This document shows, piece by piece, positions 40,705 to 54,753 of a DNA stretch of 64,000 bases. The first letter of the stretch is position 1; each line of letters begins with the position of its first letter. Both the position numbers and the translations under genes were made by a program. Source of the DNA: the human T2T-CHM13v2.0 reference genome, Homo sapiens. The notes beneath the pieces are model-generated. The model worked only from the letters and a program-made list of their open reading frames with translations. It searched no databases and was not told the origin of the DNA. The stretch is from assembly GCF_009914755.1 (NCBI RefSeq), contig NC_060937.1, one strand, 5' to 3'.

Positions 40705-40960
40705 GTGGAAATACTATGGACTTGGAAACCACAGAAAAGGGTTTTTGTCTGTCTGAGGGATTTTCCACACACCTCCCAGTCAGCAAGCCACACACTAGCT
40801 TTGCCACTTTTAATAAGACGCCTAAATTCCCTAAGCCTCCCTGTACGGCTTATAGATTTAGATGTCTAATGCCTCCCTCATAGAGTTTTTGTAGCAATTA
40901 TATGAGGCAACATATATAAAAAACTAATGCATTCCATATATTACAACTGCTATTACTATT
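40705..40960 (+). mobile_element. MIR
   Basis: ccctaagcctc..cctccctcatagagtttttgtagcaattatatgag. Confidence 0.55.
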
Positions 40961-41077
40961 AATACTTTAACTGCGATTAATATTTTAATAATTGCTTTTT
41001 TAACGGAAATCAATTTAGTTAGAATGTTGAAAAAATATAGTCATATGTATCTGTGAGCTTCTTCCTTCCACAGTTCA

Positions 41078-41577
41078 GTGTGCTCATTTTTCATTGATGT
41101 ATAACAAATTGCCACAAATTGAGCGGCTTAAAACAACATCCTTTCACATCTCAAAGTTCTGTATGTTGGAAGTTTTTGCAAGGCTTTGTGGTATTCTCTA
41201 CTTTGTTTCCCAAACAGCTGCATCAAGGTTTCAGCCAAGATTGGGGGCTTATCCGAGGCTCAGGGTCCTCTTCCAGTTTTCTGATTGTTAAAAGAATTCA
41301 ACTCCTCACAGCTGCAGAACTCATGGAGGCTGTGTATTCAAAGGCAGCAGGGAAGCATCTCTCTAATGTCTCACCTTTTTTTTAAAGTCTTACCTGGCTA
41401 TGTTGACCCCATCCAAGATTATTTTCCTTTTGATTAACTCAAAATCAATTAATTAGTAGCTTTATGAAGGGAGAGATATCTCATCCATCAGTTAAGTCCA
41501 TACTCAAGGGAAGGGGACTATACAAGATGCCCAGGGATGAAAATTTGGGAGGCCATTAGAGAATCTTGCCTATTACA
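41078..41577 (-). mobile_element. MLT1E/F-type MaLR LTR
   Basis: taacaaattgccacaaattgagcggcttaaaacaaca...gggaggccattagagaatcttgcctattaca. Confidence 0.72.
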
Positions 41578-42915
41578 GTCAAGTTAGTAATAGCAAGCTA
41601 GAAAATGCAATTTGTAGTTACATATATTAGCAGTGTACCTGTGTGTGTGGATGAACATGTGGTTATAGCAATTTCCTTGGAATATACCAAGTAAACTGTT
41701 CTAAAGATCTTAATGGAACTCTTGGGTGTAAATGAGTTGGATCTCTGGAACTGAGAATCAGAAACATGTAAAAGCATATTTTATTACATTCAAAATATAT
41801 AGCTATAAGTAAAGCAAGCAGTATGTATAGGTGTCGTGTGTCCTTAGGATAAAAACAAACTAATGTTCTATTTTTAAATTAATGAGCAAAGAGGAATTTG
41901 GTTTAAAAAATATTTGACGTGGTAAGAAAAAGATGTTGAGTTTGGTTGAGAAGGCTTTTGGTCTTTGAGTGGTACCTAGATAGCACAAAAATGAAAATCA
42001 ATAAAAAATAGTGTTTTAAGAGAATTAAATAGAGAAATGAAGGGGGGTGGAAGTAAAGGGAGAGAGAAAGGAAGACAAAGGTGAGAATTTGAAGACAAAA
42101 AGTACCCCACACCCTTCCCTCTACTTGAAATACATTTTCTGGTGACAGCAATAAAGATAAAAAGAGATGAAAAATAAACATGAAGAAAGTGACCTAAAAC
42201 CAAAATGCTAAAATATATACAATTTATATAGAAAATTATTGAGAAAAGTATTCAAAAAGAAACTATACTTCATTATGATTTAAAAACCAAATTGAAGGCT
42301 CATACTTTTTTCAACCTAAAAGCTTACATCATGAAATTTTTGCAACATTATTTTTAAACTCTAGAAACATCACACCTTGCCCAACTACTGCCTACATACT
42401 CTAGAAGAAAACATGGGATTCTTACTAACAAATGACAGACATATTTGTTTTGCATTTTAATGTGATATGCAGAAATAGATTGGAAGCAAATATTGCATTT
42501 TTTGGTATCATTTCTCAGAAAAAAACCTTGAGGAAAAATTTTTTCATAATTAGTTTTGACTTTGTATTATACCAAATGCATTCATTTTGGGGGCATGTTT
42601 CCCAAAAATCTCTGAAGTAATGATGAAACTTTAAGTCCATATAAGTATTTGTTGGCATAATTCCACTCTGAACAGCAAGCACATATGACATGAGGGTTGC
42701 ACTGTGCTGGGGCAGATATGAATGAAAAGACTAAGAATTAAATGGGAATTTAAAAAAATGCTTTTTCTTAATAAAAGGAAATGAAGCCTTTTCTGCAAAT
42801 TTGCTTAGGGCTAGAGAATTTAAACTAATACCCCTGGGACATTAAATGGCAAATTAGTAGATTAATGAAGGATTATAAATATAAATATATATTTATTTTT
42901 ACACATATACATATA

Positions 42916-43005
42916 TGTATACATATATTTGTATACATTGTACACATATATTTGTATACATTGTATACATATATTTGTATACATTGTATACATATATATG
43001 TACAT
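42916..43005. repeat. 23-bp AT-rich minisatellite (~3.7 units)
   Basis: tgtatacatatatttgtatacat at 42916, 42939, 42962 and, partially, 42985. Confidence 0.88.
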
Positions 43006-44529
43006 TTATATATATAACCTCCATGTCATACATATTTGCCTTTCAGAGTGGAACCATGCCAACATATACATATATGAACTTAATTATTCATCATTACTTC
43101 AGAAATTTTTGGAAAACATGTCGCCAAAATGAATGCATTTAATATACTACAAATTCAAAACTAATTATAAAAAAAGTCCTCAAGGTTTTCTTCTGAGAAA
43201 TGATACCAAATATGTAATATTTGCCTCATATACATATACAGATTATATATGATTATATATGATATATATACATACAGATTATACATGATATATATATTTA
43301 CATGATAAAAAACTAGTTGTTGCAGGAAACTATATACATCTCTTTAGAGTACTTTAGACATTTACTTATCTTGAAAGAGAAGATAGAACTCCATTGTTAA
43401 AGATAAAGTTTCACTTTTCTTGGGATTTTATGGTGTTTATGTCCATAGATGCAAGAACATCTTTCTCTGGATGGAGATTTACTCAAAAGGAATATTTACA
43501 GAGAATGAATTAAGCTACCACTTTATTAACAGCTTTTACATACTCTGTATAACAACAAATTCAGAAAAAGTCTGACCGGAGCTCCTGAATTATGATCAAA
43601 AGTTGAATGGGACTCCTAATCAGCAAAATGTCCCCTATCTCTCAGCAGTATTTTGGGACACCTGTGATCAGACAACTAATGGCTACAGATAGCGTAATCT
43701 ACAAAGAAGGCCCTGACTTGAATAGACCCACATGCCTGCAAAATTAGAAAAATGGGAGAAAGAAACTTAACCCTGAAAATCCAAACTGCCCAATGAATGA
43801 AGCTTTTCATAGGTCTGTTTTCTATATAGAGGCATGGAGCTCTAGAAAAAGAATAAATTCTTGACTTTAAAGGATTAAAAAAAATCCTTTTTAGTAAAAT
43901 TTAGCTCAAGAAGCAGAGAAGGCTTTGCAAACAGTTTTAAGATATTGTACAAGATGCCCTGAGTTTGGTTGCATGACTCAGTATTTGCAATGATGCTAAA
44001 GGTATCTATATTAGACAGAGAAGCTATATAAGGTCTCTGGAAAGCTCCAATTTGAGGCTGCAACTCATGCTAGCGTACTGTAGCAAGGCCGTGTCTTCAG
44101 TCACAGATAATTATTCTTTGTGTTTAAAATAGTTCCTGCTGTGTGAATAAATTCCTGATCACGAAAAAGCAAGTGAGTATGTAATCAGACTATTGGCTGC
44201 AACCCTGCCCAACACCAGATATTGGGCAATGACTTGACTATCCCCATCATTATCTTGGTATTATAACATTACCAAATCATAAGGTAAGGTGGCCATAGAG
44301 GTAATCCATTGTGCAATTAAAATGATACTTTCTGGAACTGGCCAGAGAACATCTAGAGGGCACAAGTAAGTTACATAAGCAGGTAGCCCAGTACTGTTGA
44401 ACAAAGTCTCTTTCTCAGCTCATATCTCTGGCCTTATGGCTGACAGAAGCTTAGTTCACAAATGGGTTGGCCTGATAAATTAATACAAGCTGAAAATGTA
44501 AAACCACATCAAGACAGAACAATGAGGAG

Positions 44530-45010
44530 TTTATTTGTTTGCTAGTGCTTTTGTAAAAATGTACCATAGTCTGGGTGGTTTGAAACAGCAGAAATTTATT
44601 TTCTCACTGTTCTGGAAGCCAGATCTCTGAAATCAAGTAATCAGCAGGGCCATTCTCCCTCTGAAATCTGCAGAAAACAAGGGTTCCTTGCCTCATCCTG
44701 GCTTCTGGAGGCTGTCAGAAATCCTTGGCATGTCTTGTCTTACAGCTACATTGCTCCAATCTCTGCCTCTGTTGTCACATGGCGTTATACCTGTGTGTGT
44801 CTCCATATCCAACCCTTTCTTTCCTTTCTTTTATAAAGACACCAGTTACTGGATTAGGGTCACATTCACAGGTCCCAAGAGTTACAACTTCAGCATATAT
44901 AGGTTGGTGCAAAAGTAATTGTGGTTTTTGTCATTGAAAGTAATTGAAAAAACTGCAATAACTTTTGCACCAAGCTAATAATTTGGGGAGACACAATTCA
45001 ACACACAACA
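44530..45010 (-). mobile_element. MLT1C-like MaLR LTR inserted in the ERVL internal region
   Basis: ctgggtggtttgaaacagcagaaatttatt..gacacaattcaacacacaaca; flanks aggag/agaag. Confidence 0.8.
44899..44978. mobile_element. MADE1 MITE (HSMAR1 derivative)
   Basis: 80-bp palindrome taggttggtgcaaaagtaattgtggttttt...aaaaactgcaataacttttgcaccaagctaa at a TA site. Confidence 0.95.
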
Positions 45011-45200
45011 AGAAGTGACACTAAAGGCTGGTGTCAAGGGGAATCCTCATTGTGAGCAGACCTTGGAGGAGTAACTTGGTCACTCAATTGTCTAGCCAAT
45101 TGGTGAGGGCCTTGAAAGGAATGAGATGAGGAATTTACAATCAAAGAGGCCTGGAGGAGCGGTACTCAGATTTATGCTGGTTAAGATTTTTGTGCCTCAA

Positions 45201-45533
<333 letters not shown>

Positions 45534-45536
45534 TTA

Positions 45537-45902
<366 letters not shown>

Positions 45903-47111
45903 TTAAGTGGGCATCAGCCATCTTATGTTCTTGACTACCAGTGTTTGTGGAAGAAGCCATGAATACAATAAGTGTGACAGTAGAAAGAAAAGCTATGCAT
46001 GGGTCCAGTGGTTTAAGCTTCTTTTCGGAAAACAAGATCTATCTTCCACTCATGTTTGAAAGTCTGAAGTTTACAAAACAGATATCAATGCTGAGCCCGT
46101 GAAATGGTGCTAATGGCTCCAAGGAGACTAATTCAGTTGCTCATGAGAAGGTAATTATTTCCAGTCCTTGTATCCTGGAGGGAAGCATTTCATCCAAAAC
46201 AGAATTAGCTCTTACTTTATTACTGATTTTCCTTCCCTGCCTATAGTTTTACTGACAACACCAACATCTAAGATTTATAACATGTGACAACATTTCAGTT
46301 TAAAAGATCCATTTTATATAAAAGACAGGGTGACAATGAGAACATGATTATGAGATCCACTGATTCTATCCCAGGTCATATTATCCAGAATTACCAGGCT
46401 AATGGTATAATGGGACGTCTTATTAAAGACTCAACTATGGTACCATGTCCAACACTCCTCAGGGTTGCAGTGTTGTCTGCAAGAATACAGTGTATGCATT
46501 GAAATGATTTCTTGAAATATGAAATTTGAATCAAATGGTAGAACATACAAGTTCATTGATGAAAGAAGAATGGCCTTTCTCACCACCACTGCCAGTCACC
46601 TGTGAGGAATTTATGCTTCCTTCCTCTGAAATCTTAGGCTCTGATGGATTAGATGTCTTGGTTTCTGAGGCATGAGAGGTGAGAACATTTGTAGTAGGGA
46701 ACACAGTAGAACAGGGTTCTCTATTACATAATAGTGGCAGGGAGTATGTGTTGACATGGGAACATCCTCTTGGGCCTCTGGTCGTCTTCCATGCCTAGCA
46801 TCATAGGGAAAAACAGCTGGAGCAATTGAAGTTAGGGTTAAGGATCTCAAGGGCTTGGACTTCTCAGAGATGAAGATCTGGATCACTCCATCAGGCAAGC
46901 AACGAAGACCAGATGAAATGCTGCTTGAAGGGCTGGCATATCTAGAATTGGTGGTAGAAATGTGAGTTGAAAAATATCACTAACAACCTGGGGGCTAGTT
47001 GGAGTAAAGATGATTGTAGCTTCTGTAGCTTATTTCGCTGACCGCTGCATATTACGTCATTTGTAGAGACCATGAAGACTAAGTAACTGAGAAGATTTAA
47101 TGCAGGGTGCA

Positions 47112-47525
47112 TATGGATTGAGTTCAGGGTGCGCTTTTCATCCTTTTATTACTAATATCCCAGCTGTCCATCCTCCATCCCTCCCCCATGATTTCCGCCA
47201 AGGACAAAGCAGGAAGGGCCCACAGAAAGTGCAACTCAAAAAGACAGGAATAAACACTCTGAAGAAGCAATTTTTGATCAATTGAAGTGAAAGCTAATGA
47301 ATAAATTATTGGATTGGACAATCTTGAAAAGCATCCTATATGCTTCCTAGAAGCATCTGTTGCCCATAACAGTAAATTAAAAAATGCACGTTGGTATTGT
47401 TGTTTCCTTCCTCCCTGCCTCACTCTCCCTAGTTCTTCCCTTCTGCACCCTGGCATCCCTTCTCAAACTATTTGCACACAATGCCTCATCTCAAGTCTAT
47501 GTTTGAGGAAATTCAAGCTAAGACA
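47112..47525 (+). mobile_element. LTR16-family LTR, the probable 3' LTR of the ERVL
   Basis: ttccttcctccctgcctcactc..tttgcacac..tctcaagtctatgtttgaggaaattcaagctaagaca, an LTR16-type end. Confidence 0.65.
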
Positions 47526-47976
47526 AGAAACTTTATCCTCCGCCCCCCACCTCATATTTAGTACTGTTTAAATCATTACAAGAGTAATATATTTGTTTCT
47601 AACAACTGATTTTTAAAAGTAGCAAACAACCAAAGCAGACCGTGTCCCATAGCATAGACTATTACACATAGATTAGCATGCTTTGGTTATTTTCAGCACT
47701 TTTTTCCCTTAAGGCCTCGATGTCAATTAATAAGACAAAGAGTTGCATATGTTTAATTTTAAAGTACTCAAGAAGGATCGATAAACTGTCTTTTTTAATA
47801 CAATTGGGGGGGTCACTTGAAAGATGAATATCTGTTATTGAGGAATACTTTGAAGTCGGTTCTCTGCTCTCTTTCATGAAAAGAGACAGCAAGAAAATCT
47901 GAGAAAGTAAGTAGGTTATCTAAGGTAACTCCAGAGGATTATGAACAATATCCTGCTTGTTACTTATAGAGATCTC

Positions 47977-48525
47977 TTCATTCATCCAAACCACTAATAT
48001 TTTGATCATCTGCTAGGTTCCAGGAAGTTTTCTGGATGTTTAGAGTACAGCAGTGGATAAGATAAAGAGCCTCTGACTTCTTGCAACTTATATTCTGTTT
48101 GGTAAATTGAACAAAATAATAAGCGTGTATGTCATGTAATGATGCATGCTAAGAAGAAAATGATTAGAAAGGTAAAGGGAGATAAAAGGGATAAAAAAAG
48201 GGCTGAGGACTGGCATCTAGACAAGGGAATAAAAAAAGGCATTCTTAAGAAGATGACATTTCAACACCATCCTGAAGGAACTGAGGAAGTGAACCATCAA
48301 CTATTTGGGGATGAGTTTTCAAGACAGAAAGAATAAAAAGGCAAAGGATCTGAGGCAGGAACACGCAGAGCACACAAGGAAAGAGTGCGGAGGCCAGGGC
48401 AGGGTGCAAAGGGGAGGTGGGAAAGAGAGGCCAGATTGCCGAGGGGCATGTAGGCCACTGTAAGAACTTTGCTTTTTTTTTTTAGAAAGATGGAAATGCC
48501 CATGAGTGTTTTATGTGCAGGGAAA
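47977..48525 (-). mobile_element. L2a/b 3' region
   Basis: ttcattcatcca..tacagcagtgga..gtaggccactgtaagaacttt. Confidence 0.75.
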
Positions 48526-50565
48526 CCTCGATATAAAAAGAAGACGCAAATCAGAAGTTTGATGGGATCCTAATCAAGTAGTGTGGTAACAATAGGGTCT
48601 CAGGATTCCATTAACTTTCAAAGCACACAAAATTAATTGGAAATTTAAACATTAAGTAAAACTATTTAAACTCCACTTTAACTCTGTAGTAATGTGAACT
48701 CAGTTTTTAGGCCACTCTTTCTCTCTCTTCTACTCTCTCAATATCTGAGATTGTTGACTGCTGAAATATCACTAATTTTACTATAATCTGCTACCATAGA
48801 ACATTTGCCAGACAAAGTTGTGATTGCCTGTCTCTAAAAGCTTCACAGACAGAATGCAGAAGCCATGGATAACGCTGAGCCTCAGACCTAAGGGATTGCC
48901 CTTGGTTAATTGAAAAGTTTATTTTTTTGTCTCTTTTTATAATGCTGTGTCATCTAGGGGTCCCCAGTCCAATGGCTTGTGTTCTGTTGCTTAGTTCCTC
49001 ATGTCTACTGAACAGCTGCTAAATGTGGCAGCCTGGTGTCAGAGACCACAAGTCACGTTTCCAGCACACGTTCTCACATTACCATCATTATTTCACATTT
49101 TAAAAGGATATCAGCTAAAAATGAGGTGCCAATCTACAAAAGCCATTATAAAGCCCATTTATTTATATAGATAGAAGGATAAAAACATATAAAACTTGAT
49201 GCTTACGCAACTTTTATTTTATATAAAAATAAAAAGTTACTTAACACCAGAATTATTTGTTGGCTGAAATATCTCAAAGGAGTACCCTGACATATATTTT
49301 ATATTTATGACTTATATATTTCAAAGGAAACACATGATTCTTTTTAGTTGACTAGCCTGAGGTTTATCATATACCTTATATACCTACGCCCTTGATTTTA
49401 TTTTCTCAAATGAGCAGAGATTTGAAAATGGCTCTCATGAAATTCAATTACCATTTCTTAATGTGCCAGGGCTTCCAAAGAATATAATTATGCTGATTCC
49501 TCAGAGATTATCCCAATGATCAATGGAAAGTGTTTGCAGGGTAGAAAACATGTTGCCTAATCTACTCTCAAAAACAAATTTATCCACCAAAGGTGGTCTT
49601 TATAGTAAACCGATGAGCAATTTTATTTCCGCCACCCAGCGCCAAGAATTGCACTGGTTTCCCAACTTTGCGCTTCTGCCATATGAGAGCACAGCCAGGA
49701 GAGAGAGAAGAAATGGGTAAAAATGGCAGCTTGAAACTGTGTACACCAGCAGGTGTCTTGTCACAGCCTCTGTGCCATAGTATATCTGAGTTTCCTAAGC
49801 AACTATGCTCCCTAGGAAACTGGTTAAACTGCTTCTGTAGAAACTATTTACCGAGCAATTCCTCCTTCAAACCAGCTTTATGTAGAGAGTGCAAGAACGT
49901 GATGGGAGAATATTTTCCACTTCCTCAGTTCCATAGATCTTCTTGTGGAGTATTTTAGAACTATACCGAATAAATGTGAAACCATATTTGTCATGGTTTT
50001 TTATTAATTTTATGCTTATTTCATTGCATATAATACAGAGAAAGCAATGCTGTAGAATATCGTTCTTCATTTGGTAGTTTTGGAGAGCTAGAGAAATTTC
50101 CCAATTTGCTTATGGAACTAATTTGAGCTATTCCTCTCCCAAACAAGGCACATAAATGACATACACTGTAACTTGGGTTCCATAGAACATTGCACTGACC
50201 TGTCTTATAATGAGTTACATCTTATCATTACTAAATTGAGCCATATTTATGCACTACCATGAGAAACATGGAGTTACATTTTTAATACAGTGAAAAATGC
50301 ATATATTAATTAAAATACGTACCTTTTTGTGATCTCCATGTTTTATTCACGTTTATGAAAGTTAATTCTTATTACTGCTTTCATTTATTAATCCAAGCTT
50401 TAAATATCCTGTACATTTCCCTGTTTTATTAACTTTAAGACAAGATTTGCAGTTTAGAAATAAAAATTGTCTAGGACCAAAATGTGTGTGAGTTGAAAAA
50501 AGATAGAAAAGAGAGTTATAAAAAAATCTTTATCTTTAAAGTTCTTGATTCACATTATGGTGGTT

Positions 50566-50888
50566 TTTTTTAATTTATTTTATTTATTTTTTTTTGAGAT
50601 GGAGTTTCTCTCTGTCACCCAGGCTGGAGAGCAGTGGCACAATCTCGGCTCACTGCAAGCTCTGCCTCCCGGGTTCACGCCATTCTCCTGCCTCAACCTC
50701 CAAGTTGCTGGGGCTACAAGCAACTTGTAGTTGCCTGCCACCACGCCCGGCTAATTTTCTGTATTTTTAGTAGAGAGGGGGTTTCACCATGCTAGCCAGG
50801 ATGGTCTCGATCTCCTGACCTTAGGTGATCCGCCCGCCTCAGCCTCCCAAAGTGCTGGGATTACAGGCATGAGCCACCGCACCCGGCC
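50566..50888 (-). mobile_element. AluY/Sc-like SINE with an 11-nt internal insertion
   Basis: tgcaagctctgcctcccgggttcacgccatt; TSD tatggtg at 50556-50562 and 50889-50895. Confidence 0.93.
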
Positions 50889-52265
50889 TATGGTGCTTAT
50901 TACAGTAGAAAATAATGCATTTGTTTTCCCATCTATTTTATCCATTAGAATACAAGTCTCATAAGAGCAAGTAAAGTTTTCATTTTTAAACCCTAGCTCA
51001 GAGAATGGTCATGAATGTTTAGCAGATTAAAAAAAACTAGTACAAGATAGAGTGAACTGAACACCCCACAAAATACCTGGAAAAGCTAGATCTGCTCAGT
51101 TTTTCACAACAAAACATGTATTGCTTTTCTCTGCTTTATTTTCAAATTGCATATATTAATATGTTAAAGAAAGTAAACTTAAGTTCTTATCGCCCTAAAT
51201 TAAGTACTATTCATAGACTATAATTGTCTGTTTCTCTTTCTATAGATATATATGCATGTATACTACACACACGCTTTTACTTGTATAAAATAACGAGATA
51301 TTACTTTTAAAATATACATATTTGTCTTGTTTTCTCGGCCTTATACCACTCCTGCTCTAAGCCTTTCATTTTTTATCACTGTAAAATTAGTTTAGTAGAA
51401 ATTCTTATGTATTGTAAGTTTTAGCATTAGAAATACTAAGGCAAATTTTTTGACTCTTGATGCTGTTTACATCTCTTGCCATATTTTGGATACCTTTTAC
51501 ATATTCAAATATTTCCATATTTTCTTATATAATTTTCAACATTTCAGTATTTTTTTAATCCTCAATCTCTAGATTATAAAGTTAAGCTTTTATATTATAT
51601 TTTCACATTTTTATTTGCTTTATTTTCTACATTTATGTCACTAGGGATGATAGAATTTATTTTTGTTCATAATGTAAAATCAAAGTTCAAATTTATTTCC
51701 TTCCAGAGTGAGCTGGATGGAGGCTTTCCCCATTCCAAAGTATACATAGAAAACAGAGCACTAATTAGCCAGAGAGGATCCCTTTAATCTTAGAAATCGG
51801 CTGTTACTCATTATTGAGTGTCCAGAGCACACCAACACCTAAATTACATAACAATATTTTTAATAATAATTTTTTTGTTAATCTTTTTAAAAGACTTCAC
51901 ATTTTCTTGCTTTATTGAATAATGTTGAGTTACATTTCTTGCTGAGGACTATTACTGCCTTCCTCTTACTCCTTGCAATAGACTTGAAGCTCTTTACCAT
52001 TCCTACCTTAAATCATTCTCTTATTTTAATGTGGTGGAAATACAGGCTGACTTTCTTCTAGCTAACACTCCACAACCTTTATCAGTGTCTCCACCAAAAG
52101 AAATCCATATATTGAAATTCCACAAATGTGCATTTCCAAGCTCTGTTTCTTTTCTCTCTGTGCTCTCTTGATAGGTGGCTCTATTATGAGTTGAATTGTG
52201 TCTCACAGAAAAGAATGTTGAAGCCCTGACTCTCAGTACCTCAGAATGTGGCCTTATTTGGAATA

Positions 52266-52871
52266 AAATCGTGTACCACATAACAACATTTTGGTCAATG
52301 ACAGATCTCATATAGAACAGTGGTCCATTAAGATTATAATACCATGTTTTTACTGTATGTTTCCTATGTTTAGAGACACAAATACCATTGTGTTACAATT
52401 GCTTACAGAATTCAGCACAATAACATGCTGTACAAGTTTGTAGCCTGGGAGCAATAGGCTATACCATACAGCCTAGGTGTGCAGTAGACTATACCATCTA
52501 TGTAAGTAGACTCTACATAGACGTTATAGTCTACTATACTGTAGAAGAGCCAATTCACTCTTCTACTTACTCACTACCATCTATCCACACTGCTCATCTT
52601 TCACATATTGGAGTATTTGATTCTGTTTGTTTATGCTGTTCTCTTGAGTGAATCATTCTCCCCCATACCCACAATCATTCTTTTTCATGGATGTCTTGTC
52701 ATCATTATTCAAGTATTCAATTTAAGTGCTACTTTCTTAGAGAAGCCTTCTTTAACTACCCTATCTAATGCTGTTACTGTATACTGAACTTAACATGTTC
52801 ACACAATGACAAAAATCACGTAATACTGTATTTCTAAGAATGTATCCCTATCACTAAATGAAACATCACTG
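52266..52871 (+). mobile_element. Tigger3a (MER7A) DNA transposon containing a ~280-bp foreign insert
   Basis: ccacataacaacattttggtcaatgac..ggagcaataggctatacc..atgttcacacaatgac..catcactg; TA on both sides. Confidence 0.85.
52554..52782 (+). repeat. Direct copy of 53835-54050
   Basis: Colinear from ttcactcttct to gttactgtat; roughly 90% identical by eye with several small indels. Confidence 0.95.
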
Positions 52872-53349
52872 TAGTGTCACTGCCGATGTTAATAATTAAG
52901 ATGGGGTCATACTGGAGTAAGGTGGGCTCTTAATCCAATATTAGTGCTGTCCTCACAAGAAAAGGAAAGAGACACACACACATAGAGCAGAATGTCACAT
53001 GAAGACACAGAAACACACAGACCATGTAAGAATGGAGGAATAAATTGTAGTTAAGCTACCACAAACCAAGGGACATCTAGTGCTACCAGAAGCTGGAAGA
53101 AAGACTTTCTACTTGAGGCTTCAGAGGAAGCACGGCCTTGCCAATTCCTTGAATTTGGACATGTAGCCTCCAAAGATGGGAGGGAATAAATTTCTGTTTC
53201 TTTAGAGTCCCCTAGTTTATAGTAATTTATTATGGCAGCCCAAGAAAGCTAACAGAGTAACATTTCCTTCCCAAGACTATATTCCAATTAAATGCATATC
53301 ATCAATGTAAGTCTCCCTTTTAATGTATAGACAATCCAAGAAACAAAAA

Positions 53350-54290
53350 AACTATGTTAAAATTTGACATACTCAACAATAAATTTTTAATTTTCCCTGT
53401 TCAACTTGCCTCTCTCCCAACCAGGCATCCTCATTTTAGTGAATGGCTTTGCTGAGTTACACAAGCTACATACTGAAGAATTTACTCTTTCTTCTTAAAA
53501 AAACACCCATATCATTTATCACTAATCCTGCCAAAGTGCCTCTAAAATGGATCTTGCATTCTTCACAGTTTCCTCTCTGCTTTACTAGTCCTGGCCACTG
53601 ATACCAACCTGGATGAGTTGAATAGGCCACTAATTAGTCTCTCCCTTTCATTCTTGCTCACTTTCCGTACAAAACTTATTGATATTTAAAATGAATATAA
53701 AATAGATCTTATAACTCCTTTTCCTAGCATTTCAGTTGTTCTCCATTGCACTTAGACTAGAATTCAAATGCTTTAATTTAGATTGCAAGACTTGCCTGAT
53801 ATGGCCTATGCCTATTTCTGCAACTTCAAGTCATTTCACTCTTCTTCTTACAACCATCTATCCACACTGCTCATCTTTCACTTATTGGAGTATTTGATTC
53901 TGTTTGTTTATGTTGTCCTCTTGCGTGAATCATTCTCCCCCATACCCACATTCTTTTTTATGGATGTCTATTCATCATTATTCAAGTATCAATTTAAGTG
54001 CTACTTTCTTAGAGAAGCCTTTTTTACCCTATCTAATGCTGTTACTGTATTTGCTATTACTATTAATCTATTTCAAAATATTTGGCCATTGGCTCTGTCG
54101 TACTTACCATAATATTATATAATTTACAATGTACAAAATTGTAGAGTTTTTTGTATGCAAATTTGATAGCTGTCTGCCTCCCACTTTAGACTCTAAATTC
54201 TGTGAAGAACAGAGTCACAACTATTGCATTTGCCACTGTATCTTGCTTCTTAGTATAAGGCCTAGTAATAAAATAGCTATCATCAATGAA
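53350..54290 (+). mobile_element. L2a 3' region (donor of the duplication)
   Basis: cattttagtgaatggc.., ctccattgcacttag.., tagactctaaattctgtgaag. Confidence 0.7.
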
Positions 54291-54753
54291 GAAGGAAAGG
54301 AAGGAAGGAAAGAAGGAAGGGAAAAGGCACTGAGGGAAAAAGGAAGGAAGGAATGACATAAACAAGAGATGATATCCTACAATGAAGTGGCTCTCATCTA
54401 ACATGCTAAACAACTGGATAGAGAGACTCATCTATTATCAACTGTTCCTTGTCTCTGTTGACATGTGTCCAGCTATTGGAATCTATGGCATTGTTTTAAG
54501 TAGCCAAAGAGTGACTTTAGCTTCTAATGGTATACATTTAGCTAGTGTTTCTATTTTCTCTAAATTTTAGATGGACAATTGTGTTTTTTAAACGTTAAGC
54601 TTAAAGAAAATGTGATTTCTTCTCCATCAAGATATTACTATCATTATCTGCATTCAGTCATGTATTTATAGACTGTGCATTATCATTTGATATTTATTCT
54701 AAGAAAAACACTAAGGTACATTCAAATATGTATTATATATTAAAACATTGTTT

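Larger units (their letters stand above)
52182..53256 (+). mobile_element. MLT1B/C MaLR LTR interrupted by Tigger3a
   Basis: tattatgagttgaattgtgtc..cctcagaatgtggccttatttgga|..aagatggggtcatactggagt..ggcagcccaagaaagctaa. Confidence 0.82.

Noticed and set aside
49580-49760. CTCF-like motifs (ccagcaggtgtc; reverse complement gcgctgggtggcgg)
   Set aside because: Mismatches at key core positions; unsupported without ChIP data.
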